The translations under genes were made by a program, and so were the position numbers. A model generated the notes under the pieces. That model was not told where the DNA came from, searched no databases, and saw only the letters and a list, made by a program, of their open reading frames with translations. Below, piece after piece: positions 51,101 through 63,355 of a stretch of 63,355 bases of DNA. The DNA comes from Negaprion brevirostris. Lineage: Eukaryota. Location of the stretch: assembly GCA_030324005.1 (NCBI GenBank), contig JARDVH010000110.1, positions 26,697,026-26,760,380 of the forward strand, given 5' to 3'. How positions within the stretch are numbered: the first letter of the stretch is position 1; each line of letters opens with the position of its first letter.

Positions 51101-51315
51101 GAGACAAACATCAGCTGTTGCTTGAGGATCATCAACTTGCTGAAAGACACTATTTGATCTGCTCGAAACCTTTTGGTTTTCCAGTGTAAAATGTTGTCCC
51201 AGACCGACTGTTGCAGACCCAGGCACTTCAAAGTCTAGGACTATGTGCTGAGGGATGCACTGAAGCTTGGGGTAGCTGCCACAGAAGTGCGATGGAGTAA
51301 AGGTCACTGCCTAAG
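51101..51315 (+). mobile_element. Tx1/L1-clade retrotransposon ORF2 C-terminal remnant
   Basis: Translates as ETNISCCLRIINLLKDTI*SARNLLVFQCKMLSQTDCCR..KV*DYVLRDALKLG..RW, the WxxRNxxVF region typical of L1/Tx1 C-termini. Confidence 0.75.
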
Positions 51316-54300
51316 ACCTTTCAACGATAGTAAACTGAGAATTGGAAACGAAGAGCAGGGTGTAGTGTTGGAGTGGAGTCGCTGGTACAAAGGGGGCATT
51401 TGAGCAGAGGTGGGGTCTTGACGAAGAGGCAGAATGGGAGAGAAAGAGAAACGTTGGAGTAGATTGGAGGGTATCAGAGCAGCAGGGGGATTCGAAAAGA
51501 GGCTGCTTGGATAGGTTGGGGGGGAACTTGGGAGATGGGGGTTTGTCTGTGTATGGTGGGTCCCCTGTGATGCTGAGTCAGGGTGTTTTGATGGTTACTC
51601 TGGAGTTAGAAGCGTTTTTTTCTCCTTTCAGTGTAACTATCAGCATAAAACATGCAGAACAATCCTAAGTTAGTTATTTAAATAATTTCTGTTAGATGGT
51701 TCCCAGACAAGCGCAATTATCTAGGGTAAGTTAGCTCTTCTGGACAATTGCTGGGTAAACCCTTCCTTGGGAACCTCCAAGAGCGATTCCCCAATGCATC
51801 ATTGGGGTACCCTCCAAATCTGACATGGGGGAACCAGAAAGTTATGGGTCAATGTGTATTAATGTCAGGGTTGGAAACCTAACCTTGATAAGGATGAACC
51901 TGATGAAATGAGCTGCTTCATCTGTTTAAATGACTAGGATTAATTCTACAAACTACATATTGGCATTAAATAGATTATCATGAATAAACTTCCATTATCA
52001 TAGCACAATTCATGATTCTTTGTTTGGGATGTTTTTCATACTTCAATGACATTTCATGTGGCCACTGTAATAAATACTCCATTAAATTAAGCTGTTGATA
52101 AATTTATGTGTCAGTATAAAACAACAACATTTTGGCCTTATTCACTTTAATGCCATACCTTTGCAGAAGGTCTTCCAAATCACAAGCCAATCAAGCAGCT
52201 GAGAGGTTAGTGATGGGCATTCCCCTGGAATTGGGATGCTGGCAGACAGCGGTCCTGTCTAGCAAAGGCTGGCAGGTGTTTTATTCAACAGCACCACAGT
52301 TGAGGTGGTGGGGATGATGTGGTGGTGGTGGGGAGGATAGTGATGATAGCGGGATTGTGGATGCAGCTGGAATGAGTGCCACTGGAAGTCCGGGATCAGT
52401 GAATGGCCCAGGCCACAAATAAGTAACGGCAGGAGAAGTTTTGCAGAGTGGAGTCCACAAGGTAGGTAGTGAAAGAAAGNNNNNNNNGCAAGGGAGGGTT
52501 GGCTCTTGGCTGAGCCCCAACTTCCCAATGCCAGGCTCTTTGATTAAGCACTGACTGTCTTTGAAGGAGGCACCCCATCTCCCGCACACCCAGGATACAA
52601 CAAAACATCAGTATAAGGTTATTTGTGGTGGACACTGCATGGCGACAGGCTCATCCATACATGCAGTGGAGAGATCAGGCCCTTAAGTGATTGTTAATTG
52701 TCCTTCCCACCAAGACTTAATTGGGGTGGAGGCAGGAAAGCGGTGGAGTGCTTATCTTGCTACCCTCCCATCCGATTAAATCCTTCCCCCATTTCCAAAA
52801 GCATCACGACTGAGGGCGGAAGATGCCAGCAGTGAGGTAGGTCTTACTCTTTGAGTTGGACTCTGAAAAGCAATAATATTATTCATAAACATGTACCTTT
52901 CAGGGTGCTTGGAATAGTGAATTCAGTTAGCTCCTGTTATGCTGTGAAAATGAAAACGCAAACCTCTCCGTTTTCACATAGCTCGCTCTCACAGAGTTAC
53001 TTCTGCAATAGGATTGGAACTGGAAGGAGTCAATGGCATACAAAACTATGATTAGTCATTTATTTTTATATCTCAGGGTGTTGTACTTCTTGACAGATTT
53101 ATATTTTATAAGATTCTAATCATTATGCGGTATAAGGGTGACAGCCCCAATTTGTCAAGTAATGAGATAAATTTAAATTGAGTAGTTTTAAAAATACAAA
53201 CCCAAATACATTACTATTAGCAATTTTTGTTTTGTTCTAATTGCAATTAACATTTTCACAAGTGTAGTTAGGCTGAACAACCGCACTGCTTTGGTACAGA
53301 GCTTTGCATCTGAAACCTCTATGGATTCAGTGACTTAATAAACACTGACATTTAATCCAACCTCAGTAAATTGAAAGTTTAAATACCACAGGAGAGCAGA
53401 GACTGACTAAAAAGAAAACTTCTGTAAGTTGCATTCACATCCTTAGCATATCCCGAATTGCTGCACCATCAACTCATTACTTTTGAAGCGTTGTCATTTG
53501 TTGTGAAGGCTTGCAAAATTTAATGAAAGTTGCATGAGGCATATTTCAGAGGTGCCTCCCTCCCCAAGGCCGCACTTGTCTCCACATATTTCTTTACTTT
53601 CAAAAAAACCTTACGCAAATCTCTCTTAAACTGTTAATCATCTTTCCCCAGGCTCTGGGAGATGCTTTGCTACTTTAGTGATACTATATTGGGTTGATTG
53701 TTGCAAGGCTGTGAGATGCTTCATGTTAGCAGCCTGTTTACTCAAGGGGGAGATATCACAGTGAAATCTAATCCCTTCCTCCACTGGCTCCTGAACATAT
53801 AATAGCCAGGGAGAAAATGCCATTTGATAGCAAGAAAGAGATAGATTTTTTTCCAATAGTTTTTCAATCCTGAGCCCAAAGATTCCAAGACTTATTGTAT
53901 CAATGCTACTTCTGGCTGGGTTCAATAAATTCAGCATAGATTAATGTTGTATAGGAAGCTTCCTGGTCAGTGTGGCCCAGAACTGCAGTGATTTGCTGTG
54001 GCATTGAGATTGCCAAAGGGAACTTCATGTATTACATTCTATTAACTGCAGTCGCAGTCTGCTACGATTATAACTCCTTTCCCGTTATATATCAACTACC
54101 ATAACATCATCGACTTCAGAATTTATAGTTCAAGCTTGTTCATTTTGTCAGTGTAAAACCTGTACTTCTTCTTCAACCAAAATTCCCGTCAACTATTACA
54201 ATAACTCGATATGGGTTTTTAAACATTTATAGTGCATTGCGTACCAAGATGTGACCGTAAGTCATCAAAACCTTTGATCTGACACCAAAATTAAACTGCT

Positions 54301-55664
54301 CGCCTTCCATTGCAGATTTGTAACATTTCAAAATAAATATGTGTTGGATTTCGCAAAATGAAAGGTTCTACTTAATATGTCAGTTTTCCATGGTGTCCTT
54401 CTTCTGTGGTACAAAGGAAGGTTGGAAATGGGCCACATTTAATATCAAACCATCAATTGTTATCACTAAAGAATGGACAGTTGAGGAATTAAATCCTGAT
54501 AATGTGCAAAAACCCTACAAAGCTATTGAATAAAAGTGGACTTTGATCTATTTAGTCCCTGTGAATCACTAAAACTAATGCTATCCCCCAAAATGACATA
54601 AATAATTTGTTTATTAACACAACAAATCCTCTCACTTACTGGGTTGGATTTTAACAGGGGAGTTGGGAAGGTGGAGTATAAAAACTTCCTGACTTGACAG
54701 ACCCGACTCGTTTAAAAATGCCCATGCTCATCATGGTTTCATTATGGGGAGTCAGGCCTGAGATGGCAAAAAGGATGGACAGTTGGCCAAGCTAGCAGGC
54801 CAGAGTGCCCATCTCTACTTACCTCGGCATCATCCCAGTTATAGAGCTGAGGATTTCAAATCTCACTCTACACCGCCCCCACACTCCTCATTCCTAGCCT
54901 ACTTCGATACCACGTCTATGCCCTCTTCATGCCCTTCATATTGTCATGTCCCTTCTATCCAATGTTACCTCATTCCCAACTCTACCACCACTCCCCCCAA
55001 CCACCCCACCCCATCTTGCACGACCACGTGCACAGTCCTCAGGAGATTGTGAATAGCAATAGAAATCCCTTGAAATGGATACTTAATAAGTCCACCTCTA
55101 ACCACCTAATAGAGCTATCACTGAAAAACACAATCATTCATGTCTTTTTTAAAAGATCTGACCCTGAATTCCAGGGGTAGGTCACTGTTTTCTCTTTGGT
55201 TCTTGGGACTCTTGGGACAGGGTCTCCCCAAGGTTCACAGATCTGCTAATGTGCCATGAACTTCATGTACCTATTGAAGGGGTTCAACTCAACAAAAATT
55301 ACAGGGGATGGGGGAGAGGCAGTGATTTTACATTGCCCTTCCCTGCCAATAGGGAATTTGATGGTTCTCTTTGTGTATTTGATGTCTGTCCTTCAGCTTC
55401 TGTAGTTTTAAAAGATTACCTTCTGTACACCTTCCCTGTATGCCTACTCGAGGTGTTTCCTATTAGTAGAAAGATATATTCTTCTGTTCTGTCTACAACT
55501 AATCTCAATACTGGGAGTTACATCCTGTGAAAAATCATTTGAAATGCTAATGGCTTTTAACCTGCTGACAGGTTCATGACAAGAGTGAGATTTATTGGCT
55601 GCAGATATTCCTGAAGATTACCTAAGCAATATGGAAGCTTCTTTTCAGATATTCAACGTTTACT

Positions 55665-55835
55665 TTTATAGAACCCTTACAGTGCAGACCCATCGAGTCT
55701 CCACCGACTCTCCTCTCTGACAGCATCTTACCCTGGCCTTATCCATATAACCCCACATATTTACTCTGCTAATTCCTCTAACCTGTGTATGTTGGAACAC
55801 TAAGGGACAATTTAACATGACCAACCAACCTAATA
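55665..55835 (-). mobile_element. HE1/V-type SINE tail-A fragment
   Basis: ATAGAACCCTTACAGTGCAGA..TAAGGGACAATTTAACATGACCAACCAACCTAA. Confidence 0.7.
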
Positions 55836-56314
55836 AACTTTAATATTGTACATTGTATTAGCATTTATAAAATTCAGAATCGGCGCACACATGCCTTTCA
55901 TCACATCAAGGCAGTTTACATCAAATTCTGTAGACCTGCTCATATTCCAGGCTTGAATATTCTACAGGGAGCAGCCTTTCAGTTGAAAATAATTGCAGAT
56001 TGCAGCTTTTCATCTGCTGTACGCCACCACACAATACCTCAATCAATTGTACTGACAAACCTCAACCCTTGGTAATGGATGTTTCCTTCAGGTGCATCAA
56101 ACAATAACAAGAACCATCCATGCTTCCTGAGCACAGACTCTGCTTGATAATGTAATTTTCTTACTGAAGCTTATCCATTCATTCCATGCAATCATTCCCA
56201 GATTAGCCATCATCTACTTATCATACAAATACTGCTCCATTGTGGAACTCTGCCAGCTGTAGTGATAGCGTGCATTGTATTTTGCTAATGCACCTTTTAA
56301 CATTCTTTCCAGCT

Positions 56315-57900
56315 TTGTGGGCATCATTGACAGGGTCAGCATGTTTTGTCTACCGATAATTGTCCTGGAGAAGGTGGTGGTGAACCATCTTCTTGAACCG
56401 CTGCAGTCCCTGGGGTGTAGGTACACCCACTGTGCTGTTAGGAAGGGAGTTCCAGAATCTTGACACACTGGCAGTGAAGCAACAGTGACATATTTGCAAG
56501 TCGGGAATGTGGGTGATCTGGAGGGCAACTTCCAGGTGATGTGTTTCCATGTAACTGCTGCCCTTGTCCTTCTAGGTGATAGAAGTTGTGGGTTTGGAAA
56601 GTTCAGTTCAAAGGAAGTTTGCTGAGTTGTTACGGTGCATCTGGTGTATAGTTCACACCTGCCACAGGTGTATTGGTGATGGAGGGAGTGAATGTTTAAG
56701 TTGGTGTGCCAATCAAGTGGGCTGCTTTTTTGGGATGATGTTGAGCTTCTGGTATGTTGGAGTGGCAATCATCTATCAAATGGAGAGTATTCCATCACAC
56801 TCATGACTTTCATCTTGTAGATGTTGAACAGGTTTTGGGAAGTCAGGAGGTGAGTTACCTGATTGCAAACACCCAGTCTCCAACTTGCTCTTGTAGCCGC
56901 AGTATTTATTTAGCTGATCCAGTTCAGTTTCTAGTCAATGGTAACCCCAGGATGTTGATAGTGGGTGATTCGGCAGTGGAAATGCCATTGAATGTCAAAG
57001 AGAAATAGTTAGATTCTCTTTTGTTGGAGATGGCTATTGGCTGGCACTTGTGTGGTACATATGCAATTTGCCAAGTCTGGATGTTATCCAGGTCTTGCTG
57101 CATGTAGACATGGGCTGTTTCGCTCTCTAAGGAATTGTGATTCGTACCGAACACTGTTGAATCATCAGCAAACTGATCTTATGATGGAAGGAAAGTCATG
57201 GATAAAACAACTGCAGATAGTTGGGATTGTTAGTGNNNNNNNNNNNNNNNNNNNNNNNNNNNNNNNNNNNNNNNNNNNNNNNNNNNNNNNNNNNNNNNNN
57301 NNNNNNNNNNNNNNNNNNNNNNNNNNNNNNNNNNNNNNNNNNNNNNNNNNNNNNNNNNNNNNNNNNNNNNNNNNNNNNNNNNNNNNNNNNNNNNNNNNNN
57401 NNNNNNNNNNNNNNNNNNNNNNNNNNNNNNNNNNNNNNNNNNNNNNNNNNNNNNNNNNNNNNNNNNNNNNNNNNNNNNNNNNNNNNNNNNNNNNNNNNNN
57501 NNNNNNNNNNNNNNNNNNNNNNNNNNNNNNNNNNNNNNNNNNNNNNNNNNNNNNNNNNNNNNNNNNNNNNNNNNNNNNNNNNNNNNNNNNNNNNNNNNNN
57601 NNNNNNNNNNNNNNNNNNNNNNNNNNNNNNNNNNNNNNNNNNNNNNNNNNNNNNNNNNNNNNNNNNNNNNNNNNNNNNNNNNNNNCACAAGCTTTCGAGG
57701 TTAAGCTCTTCTTCACCTGAGTGTTGTCAGACTTTTTACTGTGTTTACCCCAGTCCAACGCCGGCATATCCACATCAGAAGTACATCAGGGCAGTGTTGT
57801 AAGCTCAACCATCCTTGTGCTAGGTATGACTCCAATCCGTGGAGAGTTTTACCCTGATTTCCATTGACTTTGGCTTTGCCAAGTTTGTAATGATGTCAGG
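56315..57900 (-). mobile_element. L2/CR1-group LINE 3' region, interrupted by a gap and a Penelope-like end
   Basis: MQQDLDNIQ.W, PHKCQ, ESPTINILG and WNSLPNSTVGVPTPQGLQRFKK..HHHLL motifs; homology appears to continue at about 57815-57900. Confidence 0.8.
57686..57776. mobile_element. Penelope-like terminus with inversion junction, next to a 450-N gap
   Basis: 57716-57776 is the reverse complement of the left arm of the 47116 element; 57686-57715 is an antisense hammerhead-like segment. Confidence 0.75.
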
Positions 57901-59267
57901 AGTTGAGTGGTTGGGCAGATCATTCCTCTTACTCAACTCACTCATTCCTATATTCCGTCATTTCATTTGTGTGCATTTTACTGTATTGTTTCCTTTTTTT
58001 GCACTAAATGCTTCTGACACAACATTCTGGGGAACTGCTGCGCCACTATCTTATTCCTTATTGCAGTCAATCACTCTTGTTCTGGATGTCACCTCATAAT
58101 AGTGGTTCCTAATGACTCTCATTGACTAACTACTGCACCAAGCAGACATGAGAAATCTTTGCAATCTCAGCGAGGCTGCACAATGATGCAGAGCGCGCAC
58201 ATAGAATTAAATGTTTGATTTCCTATAATCACTTTCACTCTCCAATGCTCAAAATTGTAGATCTCTGTTGATAAATGCGAAGGAGTTGTAAACGTGCCTG
58301 TTTTTCCTGAGGAATCTTTTCTCACATTGTACAAAGACTATCTGACAATTACTTAGCAATCCTCCCTCTCCCCATCACAGCAGGTCTTAACTTTATAACT
58401 GCCACAAATTGTAGTTGCAGAAATGTTGCAGAACGTGCTAAAATGTCTGACAGTTAATTAAAATTGTTGCAAGAATTAGATTCACTGTTACTTTTGATAA
58501 TAATTTCCTGATGGAAGCTAATATTGACCACTGCAGATATTCCTCTAGTTATTTTTCCTCCTGTACTGAATGCTATTTTCCATTGGGTTACAAATTAGCC
58601 AAAGGCGTCTTTTGGGAGCTGATCTGGCACTTTGATGCACAATGGCACTCCTTCTTGTTTAAGTAAAATGTGTCTGAGTTATTAGAGAAGGTGATTGAGA
58701 AATGTATGTACTAATGTATCTAAATGTATTAGATTGGAAGATAGCTTTGAACATATTTCTCAAATCTAATGTGCTTGGCTGCATGGGATCAATATCACAA
58801 TTTTCCTCCTCTAGTTGCAGCACGGAAAATAACCTTTTTACCCCCCGGCAAGTTAATTAAAAAAAGCCGAAGCAAACAGGCTACTGAAATCGTGTGACCA
58901 ACACCTATGAAATGTGATGGCTCCATTGAGTGAATGAATGATGTGTCTACAATATCTTCTGCTGGTATCTATGGAGATTAGCCACTAACTTGTAATTACA
59001 ATAATGATTTCATATGGACCCTGAGGCGTAATTGCTCCTGAAACTAGCTGTTCCACCTATTTACACTCTGCTACTGAAGAAAATCTATGTTTTAGTAGAT
59101 TGGATGTTTTAACATTTAATTCATAATTGAGAATATGTAGAAATATGCAGATCTGTCACCATCTGCAAAAGAAAAGTTAACGTTAAATGCAGTTTATTTC
59201 TGGTATTTTCAGGATTTTTTCCCCTCATTTTTAAAACACTTATTGTCTTCCTTTTCCTTATGATATG

Positions 59268-59586
59268 GGGACGGCACGGTGGCACAATGGTTAGCACTGC
59301 TGCCTCACAGTGCCTGGGACCCGGGTTTGATTCCCGCCTTGGGTCACTGCCTGTGTGGAGTTTGCAAGTTCTCCTCATTTCCTCCGGGTGCTCCTGTTTC
59401 CTCACACAGTCCAAAGATGTGCAGGTCAGGTTGATGGGCCATGCTAAATCGCCACTTAGTGTCAGGAGGACGAGCAGAGTACATACGTGGGGCAACAGTG
59501 ATAGGGCCTGGGTGGGATTGTGGTCAGCGCAGACGCAATGGGCTGAATGACCTCCTTTTGCACTGGAGGGATTCTATGGATTCTAT
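59268..59586 (+). mobile_element. HE1/V-type SINE, tail A
   Basis: GGCACGGTGGCACAATGGTTAGCACTGCTGCCTCACAG head; tail ends GATTCTATGGATTCTAT. Confidence 0.9.
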
Positions 59587-60601
59587 AATTGCTACAACAA
59601 TTAAAATTCAAACACNNNNNNNNNNAAATGGGGGATACATGGGCCAGGATTTTTAGGATGGTAGAGGTTTCCCTTTCTGTCATCCAACAGTGTTAGTGGA
59701 GAACACATCCCTGCTGTTCCTGCCAGCTCTGCAGTTATTTAATGCTCTGACAGGCATCAATTGGCAGGAAACTGGACGTAAGCCCGTCACTCGGGAGGCA
59801 GTCCTGCCTCAGAGAGCTGTCCACCAATCTGTTTGGCTGGTAGCTATCCAGCCCCGACAGCGTCAGAAGATGCAGTGGCCAGGACTGAGACTGCGTGTTA
59901 CCTAGGCCCGGGACGTCCAGGATTGGGAGCACAGTTGAGGCCCAGGGGGACTGAGCAGAGGAGGTTGGGGATGTTAGTAGAGAGGCTGGAGCGGAGAGAG
60001 GACCTGCAGGGGTTGTACTTTCTGTAAGGCCCAGTAATAAAACACTGCCAAAGAAGATGTCTCCCCTTCCCATCTGAGGCTTAAACAGGGCTCCCCCCCT
60101 GCCCCTGAATGACTCCCAGCTGCCTGAAAAATTGAGGCTAGGTGGGAAACAGTCTTTAAGTGATCAAAAATGAGCCACTTAAAGGCATCGGCTGAGGCAA
60201 GAGTGGGTAGGCCTCACCATCCAAGTATAAAATAGTGCAGAGGTTTGGGGCTGGTGGGAGCCCAGTGGAACAGCCATCTGAAAAACTTTGTGGCTCTCCC
60301 CCTCCCCCACCAAAACCTACAGAATCGCTGATGGAGGGAATGTAAAATTCTAAACATAGTAAAGTTGAGGGCTGCCTCCAGCCTATCTTCAAGTAAATTT
60401 CATCCCATCTCACTGTCATTAAAATTGAGATCACCTACTCAGCTATCTCTGCCACACTTCTCGCTTCCTTTTGTGTACCAAGCTAAGCTCCCCCCTTCCC
60501 CCCCACCTCACAATAGTCTTGAAGCCTTATCTCCCTTTAGTTTCTCTCCTATCCCCCACTGTGCGCTCACTGAGCTCATCTTGATTCATCAGACTCACTT
60601 T

Positions 60602-60970
60602 AAGAACGTAAGAACATAAGAACATAAGAAATAGGAGCCGGAGTAGGCCATCCAGCCCTACAAGCCTGCCCCGCCATTCAGTAAGATCATGGCTGATCTG
60701 TCGTGGCTCAGTTCCACTTTCCCGCCCTCTCCNNNNNNNNNNNNNNNNNNNNNNNNNNNNNNNNNNNNNNNNNNNNNNNNNNNNNNNNNNNNNNNNNNNN
60801 NNNNNNNNNNNNNNNNNNNNNNNNNNNNNNNNAAAAAAGTTATTCAAGACCTCAGCCATTTCCCCATCCCCTACCACCAAGTCCCCCCTCTCATCCTCTA
60901 AGGGCCCAATGTTCACCCTAGCCAGCCTCTTCCTTTTTATATATTTATAAAAACTCTTGCTATCCTTTAC
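60602..60970 (-). mobile_element. Young CR1 LINE, mostly hidden in a gap
   Basis: (TTCTTATG)n tail and 3' UTR left of the gap; open KSFYKYIKRKRLARVNIGPLEDERGDLVVGDGEMAEVLNNFF right of the gap. Confidence 0.88.
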
Positions 60971-61814
60971 CACCCTGCCTCCCTTCCTGCAGCCTTTGAT
61001 ATGACTAAATCATACTCCTCTCCTCTTTTAGCCAGCTGAGTGGGATTACCATTACATGGTCCCACTCTTACTTAATCAATGGAAGTCAAAGAGTTCGTGC
61101 AGTGATTTTCCTTTCCAGGTTCCCCAAAGTTACGTTTGTATAAATACACCCCACCAATCTATCCTTAATACCCACTTTTTTTCTCATCAGTGACATTTTC
61201 AAAAGATGCCATGGGCAAGACTTTCAAAGCAAGGTCAGGAAACTGATACCCCATTGTGACACTTGAGACCCAACCTGCACCTCAACTGCATCGTTCTCAC
61301 CACATTTCCTTTTAAATGCGAGTTGCCCTAATTTGGCCAGAGCTGGCCCAAAGGCCAAATTTGTGGCATTGAGCTCCTCCATGAAGCAAGAGCTGCCTGC
61401 TTGATGCCAGCGATAAAGACAGGTGGCAGCATGATGGAGTTTGCTACTGCCTTGAGGAGAACAGAGCCCCTCAAAGGACCAGGGGCAACAATTCATTGAC
61501 AATGGGCGCAATCAGGCCAAACCAGGGTAATGTGCACGTTCTGCCATAGGGTTATCACAAACAGAATTTCTCTTTGATCCTTCAGTGCACCCAGACAACT
61601 GACTCTTTCACAGAATCTATCTCCCTTGCAATCGCTACAGGAAAGCAATTGTCCAGTTTTGAGGACACTAGTTGTTCTATTTCAGAATCTCTAACCTTGT
61701 ATAGTAAGGTTCTAGTCTTTTCAAGAACAGCGTGTGATTTTCTAACTTCTAAATAATAACATCCTCTCCTGTTCCCAGGAATTGACCCAAATAATGTGCA
61801 GCGTCCACATCAAT

Positions 61815-62210
61815 GCAAGAACATGATCAAGAAATAGGAGTAAGCAGTAGGCCATTCAACCCCTCGAGCCTGCTCCGTCATTCAATAAGATCATGGCTAA
61901 TCTGATTGTATCCTTAATTCTACTTTTGTGCTGGTCCCCATAACTGTTGACTCTCTTGTTGCGCAAAAATCTATTAAATTCAGCCTTAAATGTATTAAAA
62001 AGGCGCAGCCTCCACAACTTTATGGGAAGAAAATTTCTCACCCTTATGACCCTCTGAGAGAAAAAGTCTCCTTACCTTTACCTTAAAATGGAGACCTCTT
62101 GCTTTTAAATTTCGCTCCTGACTTCCAGTTTCTCCAGCAAGAGGAAACATCCTCCTGGTGTTCCCCATATCTTCAAGATCTTATAAGTTTCAATAAAGTC
62201 ACCCCTCACA
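61815..62210 (-). mobile_element. CR1 LINE 3' fragment
   Basis: FKAEFNRFL motif and CR1 3' UTR (GGCCATTCAACCCCTCGAGCCTGCTCCG). Confidence 0.85.
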
Positions 62211-62712
62211 TCCTTCATTCACTGTCCTAAAGACTTGAATCACATCACCCCTTTAATCTTTTTGTGGTAACTTCCATTACTAAGTTGCCAAAGTATCTTC
62301 AGAACAAAATGATTCGAGCAAAATCTTGATTTTTCTTTGGAGCTTCTTAAATCTGGACTTTTTTTCCCCGGCAAAGGTCATCTTAACCATGAAATTGGCT
62401 GCACCCCCACTGGAGGGTGCAATCCATCTCAGCCCAAGATATCAAATAATCTCTGCGTAAAACAGACCATAGTCATGGCTGATCTCATACCAGCACTGAT
62501 TTCGACAGGCACCAGTATAGTCTGAGGGATTTCCGTCTTCTCAACTTAAAAATTTCATTTGATTACTTTTGTCCTCTGTACCGTGTCTTCTTTACAGTAT
62601 AACTTCAATCTTATGTTTCATTGCTAGTTGATTTAATCAAGCTTTTAAAAAAATAATAGGTTTTCCAAGAGGTGTCAGTAGGATAACAGTGATTAATATT
62701 TTGTTTTAGCCT

Positions 62713-63355
62713 TGTTACAACCACGATAGACAGGGTGAACTGATTCCTCCCTTTGTCCCACTCTGGGTTAATTACAGCAGTATTTGAACTTAATAAGGTG
62801 ATATTGCCAACTATATTGAGGTTCCTCGAGTTAACAAGCAAAGAGTTAGTTTTATTGCTGAAAGTTTTAAATACACAACCCACTAATGAAAAAAAAACAC
62901 ACACACACCACCCACCTGCCCAAGCATGAAAGAAATAAAAAACTACAAGTCAAAATAAAGTCAGAAGAAATTATTCATGGATTGTTCAGATGCTTGCTGA
63001 TGGCTGAAAGGTCACTTTCCACAGTAGCTGCTGGTACCATTTTCTCACTGCAGCAGTCACTGATGTTTGTGGCTGGCATTTTAAAAAATATTCATTCATG
63101 GGATGTGAGCATCACTGGCTGGGCCAGCATTTATTGCCCATCCCTGAGGGCAGTTAAGAATCAACCATATTTTTGTGGATCTGGAGTCACATGTAGGCCA
63201 GTGGTTGATTCTCCTTTCTTTTGCAAGCAGTGGTGCTGATTTGGAATTCTCCTTTAAGAGCTCTTCATCTGCAGCAATGAGGTCTTCAGGTAGGTTTTAA
63301 AACTACAAACAACTCAGCTTTGATGACATGGGTTTAAGTAGAAGGGGGGGTGTGG
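62713..63355 (-). mobile_element. Possible LTR remnant
   Basis: Minus strand terminates ..GTGGTTGTAACA and carries AATAAA near 62853. No partner end or TSD seen. Confidence 0.35.
63082..63202 (-). mobile_element. 3' part of the second SINE family (L2/CR1-group tail)
   Basis: TTCATGGGATGTGAGCATCACTGGC..GCATTTATTGCCCATCCCT..GGAGTCACATGTAGGCCAG. Confidence 0.8.

Noticed and set aside
50518-51231. Longest gap-free ORF (237 aa, minus strand)
   Set aside because: It runs antisense through a Tx1 remnant, a slippage repeat and a TIR element, and has no domain signature.
57037-57802. Several 150-227 aa ORFs
   Set aside because: Artefacts of translation through the 450-N gap.

Overview
This is eukaryotic, repeat-rich, apparently non-coding DNA (large intron or gene desert) from a gapped draft assembly. 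The repeat content points to a cartilaginous fish, most likely a shark: many HE1/V-type tRNA-derived SINEs, CR1 LINEs, Rex1/Babar-like LINEs, an L2/CR1-group LINE, DeuSINE (SacSINE1-like) remnants and Penelope-like termini. I find no convincing host protein-coding exon, rRNA, true tRNA gene or CRISPR array. The supplied ORFs are transposon fragments, gap-spanning artefacts or chance ORFs. Most notable: (1) a 195-bp fold-back Penelope-like insertion with a 13-bp target-site duplication whose apex lies on a hammerhead-ribozyme-like stem, plus a second copy that also breaks in the hammerhead core; (2) a three-level nested insertion; (3) one SINE head carrying two alternative 3' tails, one CR1-like and one resembling the Rex1/Babar 3' end; (4) a fossil PIF/Harbinger transposase alongside a probable derived MITE family; (5) two RFX X-box consensus matches about 1 kb apart. 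All family assignments come from motif recognition by eye, boundaries are approximate (about +/-20 bp unless a TSD is given), and I cannot claim a new biological system here.
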